The notes under the pieces were generated by a model, which had not been told where the DNA came from, ran no database searches, and saw nothing but the letters and a program-made list of their open reading frames with translations. Positions 1 through 9,194 of a stretch of 64,000 bases of DNA are shown here, piece after piece; the first letter of the stretch is position 1, and each line of letters begins with the position of its first letter. Made by a program: the position numbers and the translations under genes. The DNA is taken from positions 174,564-238,563 of the forward strand of contig JAJEDE010000022.1 of the NCBI GenBank assembly GCA_022821645.1. Direction: 5' to 3'. This stretch comes from Chloroflexota bacterium (lineage in GTDB: Bacteria; Chloroflexota; UBA11872).

Positions 1-5
1 TGCTG

Positions 6-905
6 ATGAAGCGCGACGACCTGACCCAGCATGGGTTGGGCGGGAACAAGAACCGCAAGTTCCAGTTCGAAGTCGGCGCGGCTCTCCAGCAAGGCAGCGA
101 CGTGCTGCTGTGGGGCGGCGGGGTGATGCAGTCCAACCATGCTCGCCAGTGCGCGGCGGCGGCCCGGCGCGCGGGTCTGGACGTGGTGCTGGTGCTCAAC
201 GAGGGGCCGCATGGCAGTGAGTCGCAGGGCAACCGGCTCCTGCTCGAAATCCTCGGCGCCGACGTGCGGCCCACGGGACGCGACGGGATGTTCGGCCACG
301 AGGCGGACCTGGCCGCGACGGCGGACGAACTCCGCGCCGCGGGTCGCAAGCCATACGTGATTGAGTACGGCCCGCTGACCTCCATTGGCTACGTGGAGTG
401 CGTGCTGGAGATCCATGAGCAGTCACGCACGCTGGGCGCGGACGTGACGCACCTCTACGTGGCCTCGGGCGGAGGTACGCAGGCCGGGTTGGAACTCGGC
501 AACCGCGCGCTGGGCGCAGGCTATGCGATTCGCGGCTTCAGCCCGCTGATCGTGGACGGCGGTCGAACCCGGCAGCAGGCGGACATGGCCAATGCCACGG
601 CGGAGCTGCTGGGGCTGGACGTGCGAGTGCGCGCCGAGGACATCTGGAACTCGCAGGCGTTCGTGGGTCCCGCCTATGCCGAGGCCACGCCGGACGGGGT
701 GGCGGCTATCCGGCTTGTGGCCGAGACGGAGGGCATTTTTCTGGAACCGGTGTACACCGGTAAGGCGTTTGCCGCGGTGCTGGATGACATCCGGCACGGC
801 CGCTTGACGTCTGAAGACACGGTCGTGTTTCTGCACACCGGCGGCACTCCCCTGATCTTTGCTTACGCTGGTGAGCTTGGAGAATCTTCGCGACCAAACG
901 GGTAG
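6..905 (+). CDS. D-cysteine desulfhydrase / ACC deaminase family PLP enzyme (5' end truncated by window edge)
   Basis: KRDDLT..GGNKNRK PLP-lysine motif, QSNHAR, SGGGTQAG, LEPVYTGKA, FLHTGG. Confidence 0.88.
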   Translation: MKRDDLTQHGLGGNKNRKFQFEVGAALQQGSDVLLWGGGVMQSNHARQCAAAARRAGLDVVLVLNEGPHGSESQGNRLLLEILGADVRPTGRDGMFGHEADLAATADELRAAGRKPYVIEYGPLTSIGYVECVLEIHEQSRTLGADVTHLYVASGGGTQAGLELGNRALGAGYAIRGFSPLIVDGGRTRQQADMANATAELLGLDVRVRAEDIWNSQAFVGPAYAEATPDGVAAIRLVAETEGIFLEPVYTGKAFAAVLDDIRHGRLTSEDTVVFLHTGGTPLIFAYAGELGESSRPNG

Positions 906-933
906 GCTGCGGAAGCTGGAGGGGAGGAATCAC

Positions 934-1098
934 ATGCTGAGATTCATCAGAACTCGATCGACTCGTCGTGTTGCGGGAATGTTCGCCGCTGTCGTGCTCA
1001 TCGTCGCCATCGCGGTCGCCTCGGGCTGCGGTCAGGAGCGAAGCGGCACCTTTAAGCTCAACCCGAGCAAGGCCTCGTCCGCCGGGATCGGCTTCTAG
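934..1098 (+). CDS. small putative lipoprotein (54 aa)
   Basis: GGAGG RBS before ATG 934; basic N-terminus, hydrophobic stretch, lipobox-like ASG|C. Confidence 0.55.
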   Translation: MLRFIRTRSTRRVAGMFAAVVLIVAIAVASGCGQERSGTFKLNPSKASSAGIGF

Positions 1099-1177
1099 AG
1101 CCCGCCGTGATACCCGCGGCGCCAGTCAGCGACGCGCCAACCGAAGAGATCTGGCCGCGCCGGCGGCGGGTAGACGT

Positions 1178-2287
1178 ATGACCCTGGCCGAGTCGAATGG
1201 GGTGACGAACCCCGTGGCCCGGGTGGTGTTCTTCTGGAGCGCCACCACGCTGAACTGGCGACTGGACAGCTCGAACCCTTACGCCGGGCTGCTGGCGCAA
1301 GCGCTGGCTGAACACCGCGTGCGGGTTGAGGTCAAGCGCTCGGGCAACCTCGGATTCGTGTGGAAGTTCCCGCGTCCGTACGACATCGTGCACTTCAACT
1401 GGAACCCGACGTTCTACGAGCACCCGAACCCCGTGCTGGCGGTGCTGCGCCTGTTGGCCTTCGCGGCCATGCTGGTGGTTGCGCGGCTGCGCGGCTTCCG
1501 CATTGTCTGGACGATGCACAACGTAGTTCCGCACGAGCAACTTCGGGAGTCGCACGGGGAGGTGGCGCGCCGGGTGGTCACCACGCTGGCCAACGCCGTG
1601 ATCTGTCACTGCGAATACGCGAAGTCGGTCCTGGGCCGTCGGTTCGGCCGACGCTGGGGCGTGCATGTAATTCCGCACGGGTCGTTCGCGGACGCCTATC
1701 CGCGGGAAGCCACGCGGGCGGAGGCGCGGCGGGCGTTCGACATTCCGGACGACGCGTTCGTCTACGGGTTTTTCGGGAACATCCGGGCGTACAAGGGCGT
1801 CGAACGGCTCATCGAGGAGTTCGGGTCGCTTGAGGGCGACAACCTGCGGCTGCTGGTGGCCGGCGCGCTGCACCCCAACTACCACGGGCCGCTGCACTCG
1901 ACCGAGATCAACGACAAGCGAGTGGTCGCGCATCTGCGCCACATCGCCGACGAGGAAGTGCAACTGGTAATGGCCGCGGTTGACGTGCTGGTGTTGCCGT
2001 TCCTGGACACGCTGACCTCGGGCTCGGCGATCCTGGCGCTGGGGCACGGGACGCCGCTGGTCATGCCGCGACGGGGGTGTCTGCCCGAATTGGTCGGCGA
2101 CAGCAAGGCCGCAGTGCTATACGACCCGGACAATCCGGACGCGCTGCGGCAGGCGCTGCTGGATGCGCAGGCGCTTGATTCAGAAACCTCCGTGCGGTCG
2201 GCCGGCGAACTTGACGCGGGGCTCAACTGGGCGGGAATCGCCCGCAAGACGGTGGCCGCCTACGGCCTGGATGGGAGTTCAGAGTGA
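1178..2287 (+). CDS. glycosyltransferase family 4 (GT-B)
   Basis: IVWTMHN, FFGNIRAYKGV, DVLVLPF..TSGSAILAL motifs; start moved to ATG 1178. Confidence 0.85.
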   Translation: MTLAESNGVTNPVARVVFFWSATTLNWRLDSSNPYAGLLAQALAEHRVRVEVKRSGNLGFVWKFPRPYDIVHFNWNPTFYEHPNPVLAVLRLLAFAAMLVVARLRGFRIVWTMHNVVPHEQLRESHGEVARRVVTTLANAVICHCEYAKSVLGRRFGRRWGVHVIPHGSFADAYPREATRAEARRAFDIPDDAFVYGFFGNIRAYKGVERLIEEFGSLEGDNLRLLVAGALHPNYHGPLHSTEINDKRVVAHLRHIADEEVQLVMAAVDVLVLPFLDTLTSGSAILALGHGTPLVMPRRGCLPELVGDSKAAVLYDPDNPDALRQALLDAQALDSETSVRSAGELDAGLNWAGIARKTVAAYGLDGSSE

Positions 2288-4317
2288 CCGGATGGGAACT
2301 GGGACTGCCCGCGGGTCCGCTGGAGCGCGCGCTATCACGGCACGAATCGCCGGCCTTTGCCGCGGCCATGCAGGAGTTGCGCGACGAAGCGGCGGCGGCC
2401 CTGGCCAGCCCGCTACGGCCCGTAGCTCGCAACGGCGGCTACTACCACTCCTACTTCTGCCCGGTCGACGCGGCCGAACTGATCTTCGAGGAAGACAAGC
2501 CGACCCAGCACGCCTGTCCAGTGTGTGGACGGGTCTGGTCCGGCCCACCTTTCGACGATTCCTGGCTCTGGACGGCCAACCGCCGCATGGCGCAGCGCGC
2601 GTATCGGCTGGCGCTGCTGTGGCGGTTGGAAGGGAACCGGGCGCACCTGGACGCGGCGCGCCGGATTCTGACCGAATACGCCGCCATTTACCCGGACGTT
2701 CACAGTCCGCGCAACGATCCCAGCGTGGGCAAGATTACCTATTCCGCCCTGGACGAGTCGGTATGGGCGATCCCCATCGCCTGGGCCTGCCACTGGATCT
2801 GGCCGGGCGTCGTTCATGACCGAGACCTGCTGCGCACGAGACTCCTGGAACCGGCGGCCGCGCACATCGAGTCGCAGCGCACGCCGCGAATTCACAACTA
2901 CGAAAACTGGCTCAACGCGGCATTGGCCACGCTGGGCACCGCGCTCGGTGACGAAGCCCTGGTCCGAACCGTCATTGACGACACCTACGGTCTGACCGAT
3001 CAGCTCGCCCGCGGCGTGCTGGATGACGGCCACTGGTACGAGGGCGCGTCCAGCTACCACTACTACACCCTGGGCGCCGTCCTGTACCTGGCGCAGGCGC
3101 GTGAAGGCTTGCCGGGCGACCCGGTCGGCAACCCGACGATGCGCCGCATGTTCGAGGCGCCGCTGCGGATCGCGTATCCGGACGACTACGTGCCGGCCAT
3201 CAACGACTGCTGGTACCACTCGCGCGTCACCGACGAAGTCGGGCACGGCATTCCCAACGGCCCCGGCTTCTATGAAATTGCCGCCGGCACCTACGGCGCG
3301 CCCGAGTTCGAGGCGGTGCTGACGCGCGCCTACCGCTCCATGCCGAGATCAAACGTGGAGTCGCTTCTGTACGGGCCGGACGAAGTATCGAATGAGGCGG
3401 CGCCGCCGCTGGTCGAAAGCAACGAGTCGGCGAGCGGGTTCGCTGTCTTGCGCCCTCAGCTTCCGTTGGGCTCTCAGGGCGAACTGCTGCTCAAGTATGG
3501 GCCGCACGGCGGTGGGCACGGGCATGCCGACAAGCTGGCGCTCAGCATCTACGGGGGCGGCCGGCGTTGGGGCGCCGATCTGGGGACGCCGGGGTACGGG
3601 ATCGCCATCAACGACTCCTGGTATCGGCACACGTTGAGCCACTCGACGGTTCTCCTGGAAGGCGAGGAGCAGCCGCCGGCCACGGGCGAGGCCTTGCGCT
3701 ACCGGCCCGTGGGTGGCAACGACTTTGGTATCGCCGACGCCCAGGTGCACTGGGAGCAGGGGCCGTATGCCGCGGCGTACGCGCGCCGCGTGGTACTGAC
3801 GCGCGACGGCTACTTCATCGTCCTGACTCGCGTGGAAGCGCCGGTCGCGCGTCGCGCCCATGTGGTCTTCCACCATGAGGGCGAGTTCGCTGCCTGGCCG
3901 GACGGCGACGCAGGCGCGGCTGACCTGCCGGACAACGTCTCATACGCCCACCTCAGCGACGCGCGGGGCTGGCCGGCGGAGCAGGGGGCCGCGGTGCGGT
4001 TGGACGTGCCCGTGGACGCGGAGTCCTCGGTGACCTTGACGGCCGCCTTCGCGCCGCTGTCCGGTGCGCGCCTGCTCACGGCGCGTTCGCCGGGCAATCC
4101 GGCAAGCGACCTGCGATGCACGCTGGTCTCGGAGGTAACGGGCGAAGCCTTTTGGAGCGCCGCTGTTTTCGTCTACGGCGAGGACACGGAAGTCGTTTGG
4201 CAGCCGCCGGCCACCGACCTGCCGCCAGGTCTCGTCATTCGCCGCGGAAGTGCCGAGGAGCGGTGGGCCTTCACTCGTGATGCCGACGCGCAATTCACCT
4301 ATCCCGTGAACGGCTAG
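2284..4317 (+). CDS. heparinase II/III-like / alginate lyase family polysaccharide lyase
   Basis: IHNY..W, DGHWYEGASSYHYY, KYGPHGGGHGHADKL, HTLSHSTV; N-terminal Cys cluster; GTGA overlap with the GT4 stop. Confidence 0.8.
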   Translation: MTGWELGLPAGPLERALSRHESPAFAAAMQELRDEAAAALASPLRPVARNGGYYHSYFCPVDAAELIFEEDKPTQHACPVCGRVWSGPPFDDSWLWTANRRMAQRAYRLALLWRLEGNRAHLDAARRILTEYAAIYPDVHSPRNDPSVGKITYSALDESVWAIPIAWACHWIWPGVVHDRDLLRTRLLEPAAAHIESQRTPRIHNYENWLNAALATLGTALGDEALVRTVIDDTYGLTDQLARGVLDDGHWYEGASSYHYYTLGAVLYLAQAREGLPGDPVGNPTMRRMFEAPLRIAYPDDYVPAINDCWYHSRVTDEVGHGIPNGPGFYEIAAGTYGAPEFEAVLTRAYRSMPRSNVESLLYGPDEVSNEAAPPLVESNESASGFAVLRPQLPLGSQGELLLKYGPHGGGHGHADKLALSIYGGGRRWGADLGTPGYGIAINDSWYRHTLSHSTVLLEGEEQPPATGEALRYRPVGGNDFGIADAQVHWEQGPYAAAYARRVVLTRDGYFIVLTRVEAPVARRAHVVFHHEGEFAAWPDGDAGAADLPDNVSYAHLSDARGWPAEQGAAVRLDVPVDAESSVTLTAAFAPLSGARLLTARSPGNPASDLRCTLVSEVTGEAFWSAAVFVYGEDTEVVWQPPATDLPPGLVIRRGSAEERWAFTRDADAQFTYPVNG

Positions 4318-4378
4318 CACTCCGGCGATTCCCTAATGCCCGGTACACACACGCGCCCGTAGAATCCAGGCACATTTG

Positions 4379-4408
4379 TTGACGCGCGTGCCGCGGTGAC
4401 TGTACTTT
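4379..4408 (+). promoter_or_regulatory. putative sigma70 promoter of the ABC permease pair
   Basis: TTGACG-N18-TACTTT about 90 nt upstream of the AAGGAGG RBS. Confidence 0.4.
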
Positions 4409-4498
4409 CCGGCACTGATTTCGCGGGCGCCGTTGATTGGGGGCCCGAGCGGCCTATTGCATTGAATAGGTCCGACGCTCGGAATTGAAGGAGGTGCG

Positions 4499-5455
4499 AT
4501 GACCGCAACTGACATGGCCAGTCCGCCTGCACCCGCTAGAGGTAGGCGCGGCATTCTTGGCTGGACATGGAAGGAAACCCAAGGGTTCCTGTTCATTCTC
4601 CCTTGGCTCTTTGGCTTCATCGTGTTCATCGCGGGGCCATTCTTTTTCTCGTTCTTCCTCAGCTTCACGCAGTGGCGCCTGGTAGGCGACATCAAGTGGC
4701 TGGGGTTTGAGAACTACGCCCAGTTGCTCTCCGGCGAGGACACCCGGTTCGTCCAAAGTGTGTACAACACGGCGTACTACGTGGTCTTCCACGTGCCGGG
4801 TGTGCTGATCATCTCGTTCATCGTCGCCGGCCTGCTCAACCGGAAGGTCCGGGGTATTGCGATCTATCGCACCTGCTTCTACCTTCCGTCAATCACCACG
4901 GGCGTGGCCACCGCGGTGCTTTGGTATTGGGTGTTGCAGCCCAACGGCCTGCTGAACAACTTCCTGAACATCTTCCTGACGCCGCTGGACATCCAGGCGC
5001 CGAACTGGCTTGGGTCCACGACGTGGGCGATGCCGGGGCTGATCATCATGAGTTTCTGGTCTGTGGGAACCACGATGATCATCTACCTTGCGGGTTTGCA
5101 GGGCATTCCCCAGCACTTGTATGAGGCTGCGGAAATTGATGGCGCCGGGTGGTGGGGCAAGGTCCGCCACGTGACCATCCCGATGATGACGCCGCAGATC
5201 TTTCTTACGATGGTGCTGGCAGTCATCGGGTCCTTCCAGGTCTTCACGGCAGCCCTGATCATCACCGAGGGTGGTCCCGCCGACGCGACGCTGTTCCTCT
5301 TGCTGTATCTCTACTGGAACGGCTTCCGCTTCTTCAAGATGGGGTACGCCTCGGCCATCGCCTGGATTTTGTTCTTCGTCATCCTCTTCCTGACGATCGT
5401 GCAGTTCCTGACCGCACGTCGCTGGGTGTACTACGAGGGTGAAAGGGCTTCATAG
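4499..5455 (+). CDS. carbohydrate ABC transporter permease (MalF/UgpA-like)
   Basis: Multiple TM segments; EAA loop LYEAAEIDGAG; AAGGAGG RBS. Confidence 0.93.
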   Translation: MTATDMASPPAPARGRRGILGWTWKETQGFLFILPWLFGFIVFIAGPFFFSFFLSFTQWRLVGDIKWLGFENYAQLLSGEDTRFVQSVYNTAYYVVFHVPGVLIISFIVAGLLNRKVRGIAIYRTCFYLPSITTGVATAVLWYWVLQPNGLLNNFLNIFLTPLDIQAPNWLGSTTWAMPGLIIMSFWSVGTTMIIYLAGLQGIPQHLYEAAEIDGAGWWGKVRHVTIPMMTPQIFLTMVLAVIGSFQVFTAALIITEGGPADATLFLLLYLYWNGFRFFKMGYASAIAWILFFVILFLTIVQFLTARRWVYYEGERAS

Positions 5456-5463
5456 GGGGGAGC

Positions 5464-6375
5464 ATGGCGCAACAAACCGTTACCGTAGAACCGTCGGATC
5501 CCTCTGGGATGCCGACCTCGGTACGTATCCGTACGCCGGCCCGCATCCGCGCGATGCGCGTTGGCGGGCGCGTGATGACGTACCTGATTCTCTGGCTGGG
5601 AAGTTTCCTGTACGCCATCCCATTCCTGTGGATGGTTCGCACGTCGTTCATGCGGCTGGACAAGCTCTTTGAAGAGCCGCCGCAGATCTGGCCCGATCCC
5701 TGGATCTGGCAGAACTACATCGACATGTGGGAAACGGGGCCGTTCGCGAACTGGATCGTGAACTCCCTCATCCTGGTCGCGCTCGGCATGTTCGGGCAGA
5801 CCTTTATCAGCATCTTCGTGGCCTACGGCTTCGCGCGAACCCAGTTCCCGGGCCGTAACCAACTGTTCGTGCTGATCCTGGCGACCCTGATGCTGCCGGG
5901 CCACGTGACGATCGTTCCCAAGTTCATCATGTTCCGCACGGTCGGGTTGCTTGACAGCCTCTGGCCGGTGGCGCTCCCGGACCTCTGGGGACAGGCCTTC
6001 TACATCTTCATCCTTCGGCAGTTCTTCTTAACCCTGCCGGTGGAGTTGGATGAGGCAGCGGAGATTGACGGCGCGAACCTCCTGCAGGTGTTGTTCCGCG
6101 TCGTCATTCCGCTTTCGAAACCTGCAATCGCCACCGTGGCGGTGTTCAACTTCATCAACAAGTGGAACGAGTTCTTCGAACCGTTCGTCTTCATCCAGAC
6201 GCCTGAGAAGTTGACCCTGGCGGTGGGCATCCGGTGGTTCCGGACCCAATACGGAACGGAATTCCAGATGCTAATGGCGGCATCGATCGTCTCGGTGGCG
6301 CCTATCGTGATCGTGTTCTTCTTCGCACAGAAGCAGTTCGTGCGTGGAATTGCGCTAACCGGCATCAAGTCGTAG
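5464..6375 (+). CDS. carbohydrate ABC transporter permease (MalG/UgpE-like)
   Basis: AYGFAR..FPGR, ELDEAAEIDGA EAA loop, QKQFVRGI C-terminus. Confidence 0.93.
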   Translation: MAQQTVTVEPSDPSGMPTSVRIRTPARIRAMRVGGRVMTYLILWLGSFLYAIPFLWMVRTSFMRLDKLFEEPPQIWPDPWIWQNYIDMWETGPFANWIVNSLILVALGMFGQTFISIFVAYGFARTQFPGRNQLFVLILATLMLPGHVTIVPKFIMFRTVGLLDSLWPVALPDLWGQAFYIFILRQFFLTLPVELDEAAEIDGANLLQVLFRVVIPLSKPAIATVAVFNFINKWNEFFEPFVFIQTPEKLTLAVGIRWFRTQYGTEFQMLMAASIVSVAPIVIVFFFAQKQFVRGIALTGIKS

Positions 6376-6401
6376 CTCCGGCTTGACGTCGTAATCCGCC
6401 T

Positions 6402-6433
6402 GGTGGGGGCCATTCGGCCCCCACCGGTCGTTT
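6402..6433 (+). terminator. hairpin terminator after the ABC permeases
   Basis: GGTGGGGGCC-ATTC-GGCCCCCACC perfect 10-bp stem; weak U-tract. Confidence 0.55.
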
Positions 6434-6588
6434 AAGCCCCCTTGCCGGCGGTCCGTCCTGGACGGCATCAGGCCTCAGACCGCTCGACGCCGACGGAGCC
6501 GCTGTCTTGTGGCTGTGGGCGGCGGCTTGCAGAAAAACGCCGCCGACGGCCACACTAGCCGTACAAGAACAGCAACGTTGAATCTCCG

Positions 6589-7398
6589 ATGCGCTTACTT
6601 TTGGCCGCCGGCGCTTCTCATGACGCGGACCTGGAAAAGGCGCTGATTGACGCGCCGTCGTTGGACATCGTCGGCAACGAGCGCCCCGATGCGCAGGCGA
6701 TGGTGCTGACAGCCGCCGACGCGGCCGCCGCGGCCGGGATCCCCTGCGCGGTGTTCACATCGGCCGTGGCGGGGACGGCTGGGCTGTCGACGCTGCAGGC
6801 GAAGCAAGGATCAAGTGTCAGCGTGTTGGCGCCCGCCCTCCATCGCTCGCCGCATGGCCTGCTGCGCGCGTCGCTGGACACCGGACGAATCGGCTCGCCG
6901 CGCTTCTTACGCTGGACACGTTGGGCGCCGGCTGGTCCCGAAGACCTGGCCGGCTCGCTGATTGACGAGTTGGCCGCCGTGCTCGATTTGATGGGTCGGC
7001 CAGCGGTGAGTGCGTACGCAGCGGGCCAGGCCGTGGGCGCTGACGGACCCGACTACGTCACGGCAATCCTGACGTTCGAACGCGGCCTGACGGCGGTGCT
7101 GGACGTGGGCGCCGCGGCCGCCGGCGGACGGCCCTTTGACCGCGCCATGCTGATCGGCGCCAACGGCTCAATCCACGCCGACGGACGAGCCTCGGCGGCT
7201 CAGCGGCTTGGCGATTCGGAATCCACGCCACTTGATCTGGATGGACCGTTCGCCGGCCATATTCGGGCGGTGGAAGCCTTCACACGCGGCGAGTCGCTCG
7301 ACCCCGCTCTCGCGGCGCAGTCCGCCGCCGTGCAGGACGCCGTGCTGGCCTCGATGGCGTCAGGCCGCGCCGAGGCTATCGCGGCGCCGGGGAACTGA
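6589..7398 (+). CDS. divergent Gfo/Idh/MocA-like protein (C-terminal domain recognisable)
   Basis: GRIGSPRFLR, DYVTAILTFERG, LIGANGSI and SMASGRA resemble the Gfo/Idh/MocA C-terminal region; Rossmann and EKP motifs degenerate. Confidence 0.55.
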   Translation: MRLLLAAGASHDADLEKALIDAPSLDIVGNERPDAQAMVLTAADAAAAAGIPCAVFTSAVAGTAGLSTLQAKQGSSVSVLAPALHRSPHGLLRASLDTGRIGSPRFLRWTRWAPAGPEDLAGSLIDELAAVLDLMGRPAVSAYAAGQAVGADGPDYVTAILTFERGLTAVLDVGAAAAGGRPFDRAMLIGANGSIHADGRASAAQRLGDSESTPLDLDGPFAGHIRAVEAFTRGESLDPALAAQSAAVQDAVLASMASGRAEAIAAPGN

Positions 7399-7573
7399 GC
7401 CGATCCGGTATAGCCGCTGAGGAGCCAAGAGGTCACGCTTCAGCCTATCCAGGACCGTACCGCCTGGCTGTCGGCAGGCCCGTAGCGGGTCTATGGGCTT
7501 GCGTTGGGAGAACAGCTAGCGAACGCCATCGTCGGTTAGCGCTCCACGGTTTTCGCTGATAGGTGGCGTGCGA

Positions 7574-7783
7574 TCAGCCTGCGAATCGATCGATGAGCAC
7601 CGCAATCAGGGTGCCGACCACGCCAAGTCCGAGGCCAGCGATCCAGCGAACAAGACGGGTTTCGAGCTTGTGCAATTCGGCCTTGAGCTCGGCGAGGTCA
7701 GCCTTCGTTGCGAGATGCGGAAGCGTGCTCTCGACTTGGCTCAGGCGGCGTGCGTAGTTCAGTTGATTCGGCTGGGCGGCCAT
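7574..7783 (-). CDS. small coiled-coil membrane-anchored protein (DUF1640/CCDC90-like)
   Basis: LATKADLAELKAEL..LVRW plus C-terminal TM helix; AGGAG RBS before ATG 7783. Confidence 0.7.
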   Translation of the reverse strand: MAAQPNQLNYARRLSQVESTLPHLATKADLAELKAELHKLETRLVRWIAGLGLGVVGTLIAVLIDRFAG

Positions 7784-7887
7784 GGTTGCACTCCTGCCGC
7801 CCAACTGGTGACTGAATCTCAGTTTACCGCGGACGACGACAGCCGCAGGGTCAGGCATTAGGCGGCCGGCTGTGAGGCGCGTGTCCC

Positions 7888-8355
7888 TCAGCTTGTTTCC
7901 GGCGCGTACGGAATCGGCTGACCTTCCGGTATCTCCGTCAGTTCCACGATGTTGTCTTCGGGGTCGCGGGTGTAGAGCACCCGGGTCCAGGTGTCGAACC
8001 AGCCGACTGGACCGCCAATCGACTCGATTCCCGCCGCCGCAAGGCGATCAAGAATCGGGTCCAGGTCATGCACGATGAAATGCACGTGGTTGGGCCCGTG
8101 GGAATTGGGCTGTCGCTGAATTGGCGCCGAGGGGTGGCGGACGTACTGCAATAGCTCGATGGCCGCCGGTCGGTCGGGCGTTCCAAGGAACATGACCTCC
8201 AGGCGCACGTCGGTCAGGCCCAGCAGCGCATCCAACGGCGCGCCCTCGCGGCTCATCCGGCGCGCCTCAGTCAGACCGATCACTTCCTTATAGAACCGTC
8301 CGACCCGGTCCAAGTCCTGAACGACGATTCCGGTGTGCCCGGCGTGAATGGCCAT
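7888..8355 (-). CDS. VOC / glyoxalase family protein
   Basis: HTGIVVQDLD..FY, IELLQY, HVHF, RDPEDNIVEL; GGAGG RBS. Confidence 0.88.
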   Translation of the reverse strand: MAIHAGHTGIVVQDLDRVGRFYKEVIGLTEARRMSREGAPLDALLGLTDVRLEVMFLGTPDRPAAIELLQYVRHPSAPIQRQPNSHGPNHVHFIVHDLDPILDRLAAAGIESIGGPVGWFDTWTRVLYTRDPEDNIVELTEIPEGQPIPYAPETS

Positions 8356-8422
8356 TTGGCGCGCCTCCTACAATCGTCACGTCAGGCGGCATTGTGACAG
8401 CGCACCGGAGCGAGGGGCGTCT

Positions 8423-9187
8423 CTGGCCACACAGCGGGCTCACATGTGGGTGGCCTTGGCGGCGTTGCCACAGGCGCCTGATGCGCTCGGCGACATCGTG
8501 CGCGCCTCGCTGCCGGCCTACTACGCGGGAGCCATCGCACCCGATGCCCGCGTTCGCGACGAGGCCGCCCGCGAGGCGACCCACTTCTACGGCTTTCGAG
8601 ACCCGGATACCTGGGGAACGGCCACCCGTCGACTGTTTGATGCCTACCCGCATCTCAGCGATCCGTCGTCGCTGACGAAGCCTCAGGCCGCCTATGTGGC
8701 CGGCTATCTGACCCACCTGGCCGCCGATGAGGTGTTCGTGGTCCGGCTCGGTGAGCATGCGGTCCAGGGCAATGGCGCGGCTATCGGCGGGTTGTCCTGG
8801 GCCATTGAGGCCGGCTCGCCTGAATCTCCGCGCGGGCTCGCGACCGCGTTTCGATGCCTGGCCGACTTTCGGGCTGACGGTCTTGACACCATCGCGGAGG
8901 CCAGCTTGCTGGAGCGTAAGGCAGGTGGCGTAAGCACGATCGATCCTGGACTGCCGCTTGGCGAGTTGCGCCGGGCCATCGTTGCGCTCAACGGGCTGAC
9001 GGTGAGTCCCGCGGAGTCCGCGCGCGAAGTGGAAGCGCGAGCGGCGATTGGACGCGACATCTTTGGCCCCGATGTCGCCGTCGAATTCCTGGCGGAGGCG
9101 GAAGCGGAGGCCGTGCGTCGGCTCCGCGCGTTCGCCGCCGGGACCGCGGCCGACTACGATGCCGCGCACCTGCGCGACTCCGCCTGA
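8423..9187 (+). CDS. zinc-dependent phospholipase C-like protein (start uncertain: CTG 8423 or ATG 8444)
   Basis: N-terminal His, GAIAPD, THFY, GYLTHLAADE motifs. Confidence 0.6.
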   Translation: MATQRAHMWVALAALPQAPDALGDIVRASLPAYYAGAIAPDARVRDEAAREATHFYGFRDPDTWGTATRRLFDAYPHLSDPSSLTKPQAAYVAGYLTHLAADEVFVVRLGEHAVQGNGAAIGGLSWAIEAGSPESPRGLATAFRCLADFRADGLDTIAEASLLERKAGGVSTIDPGLPLGELRRAIVALNGLTVSPAESAREVEARAAIGRDIFGPDVAVEFLAEAEAEAVRRLRAFAAGTAADYDAAHLRDSA

Positions 9188-9194
9188 CGATCTG

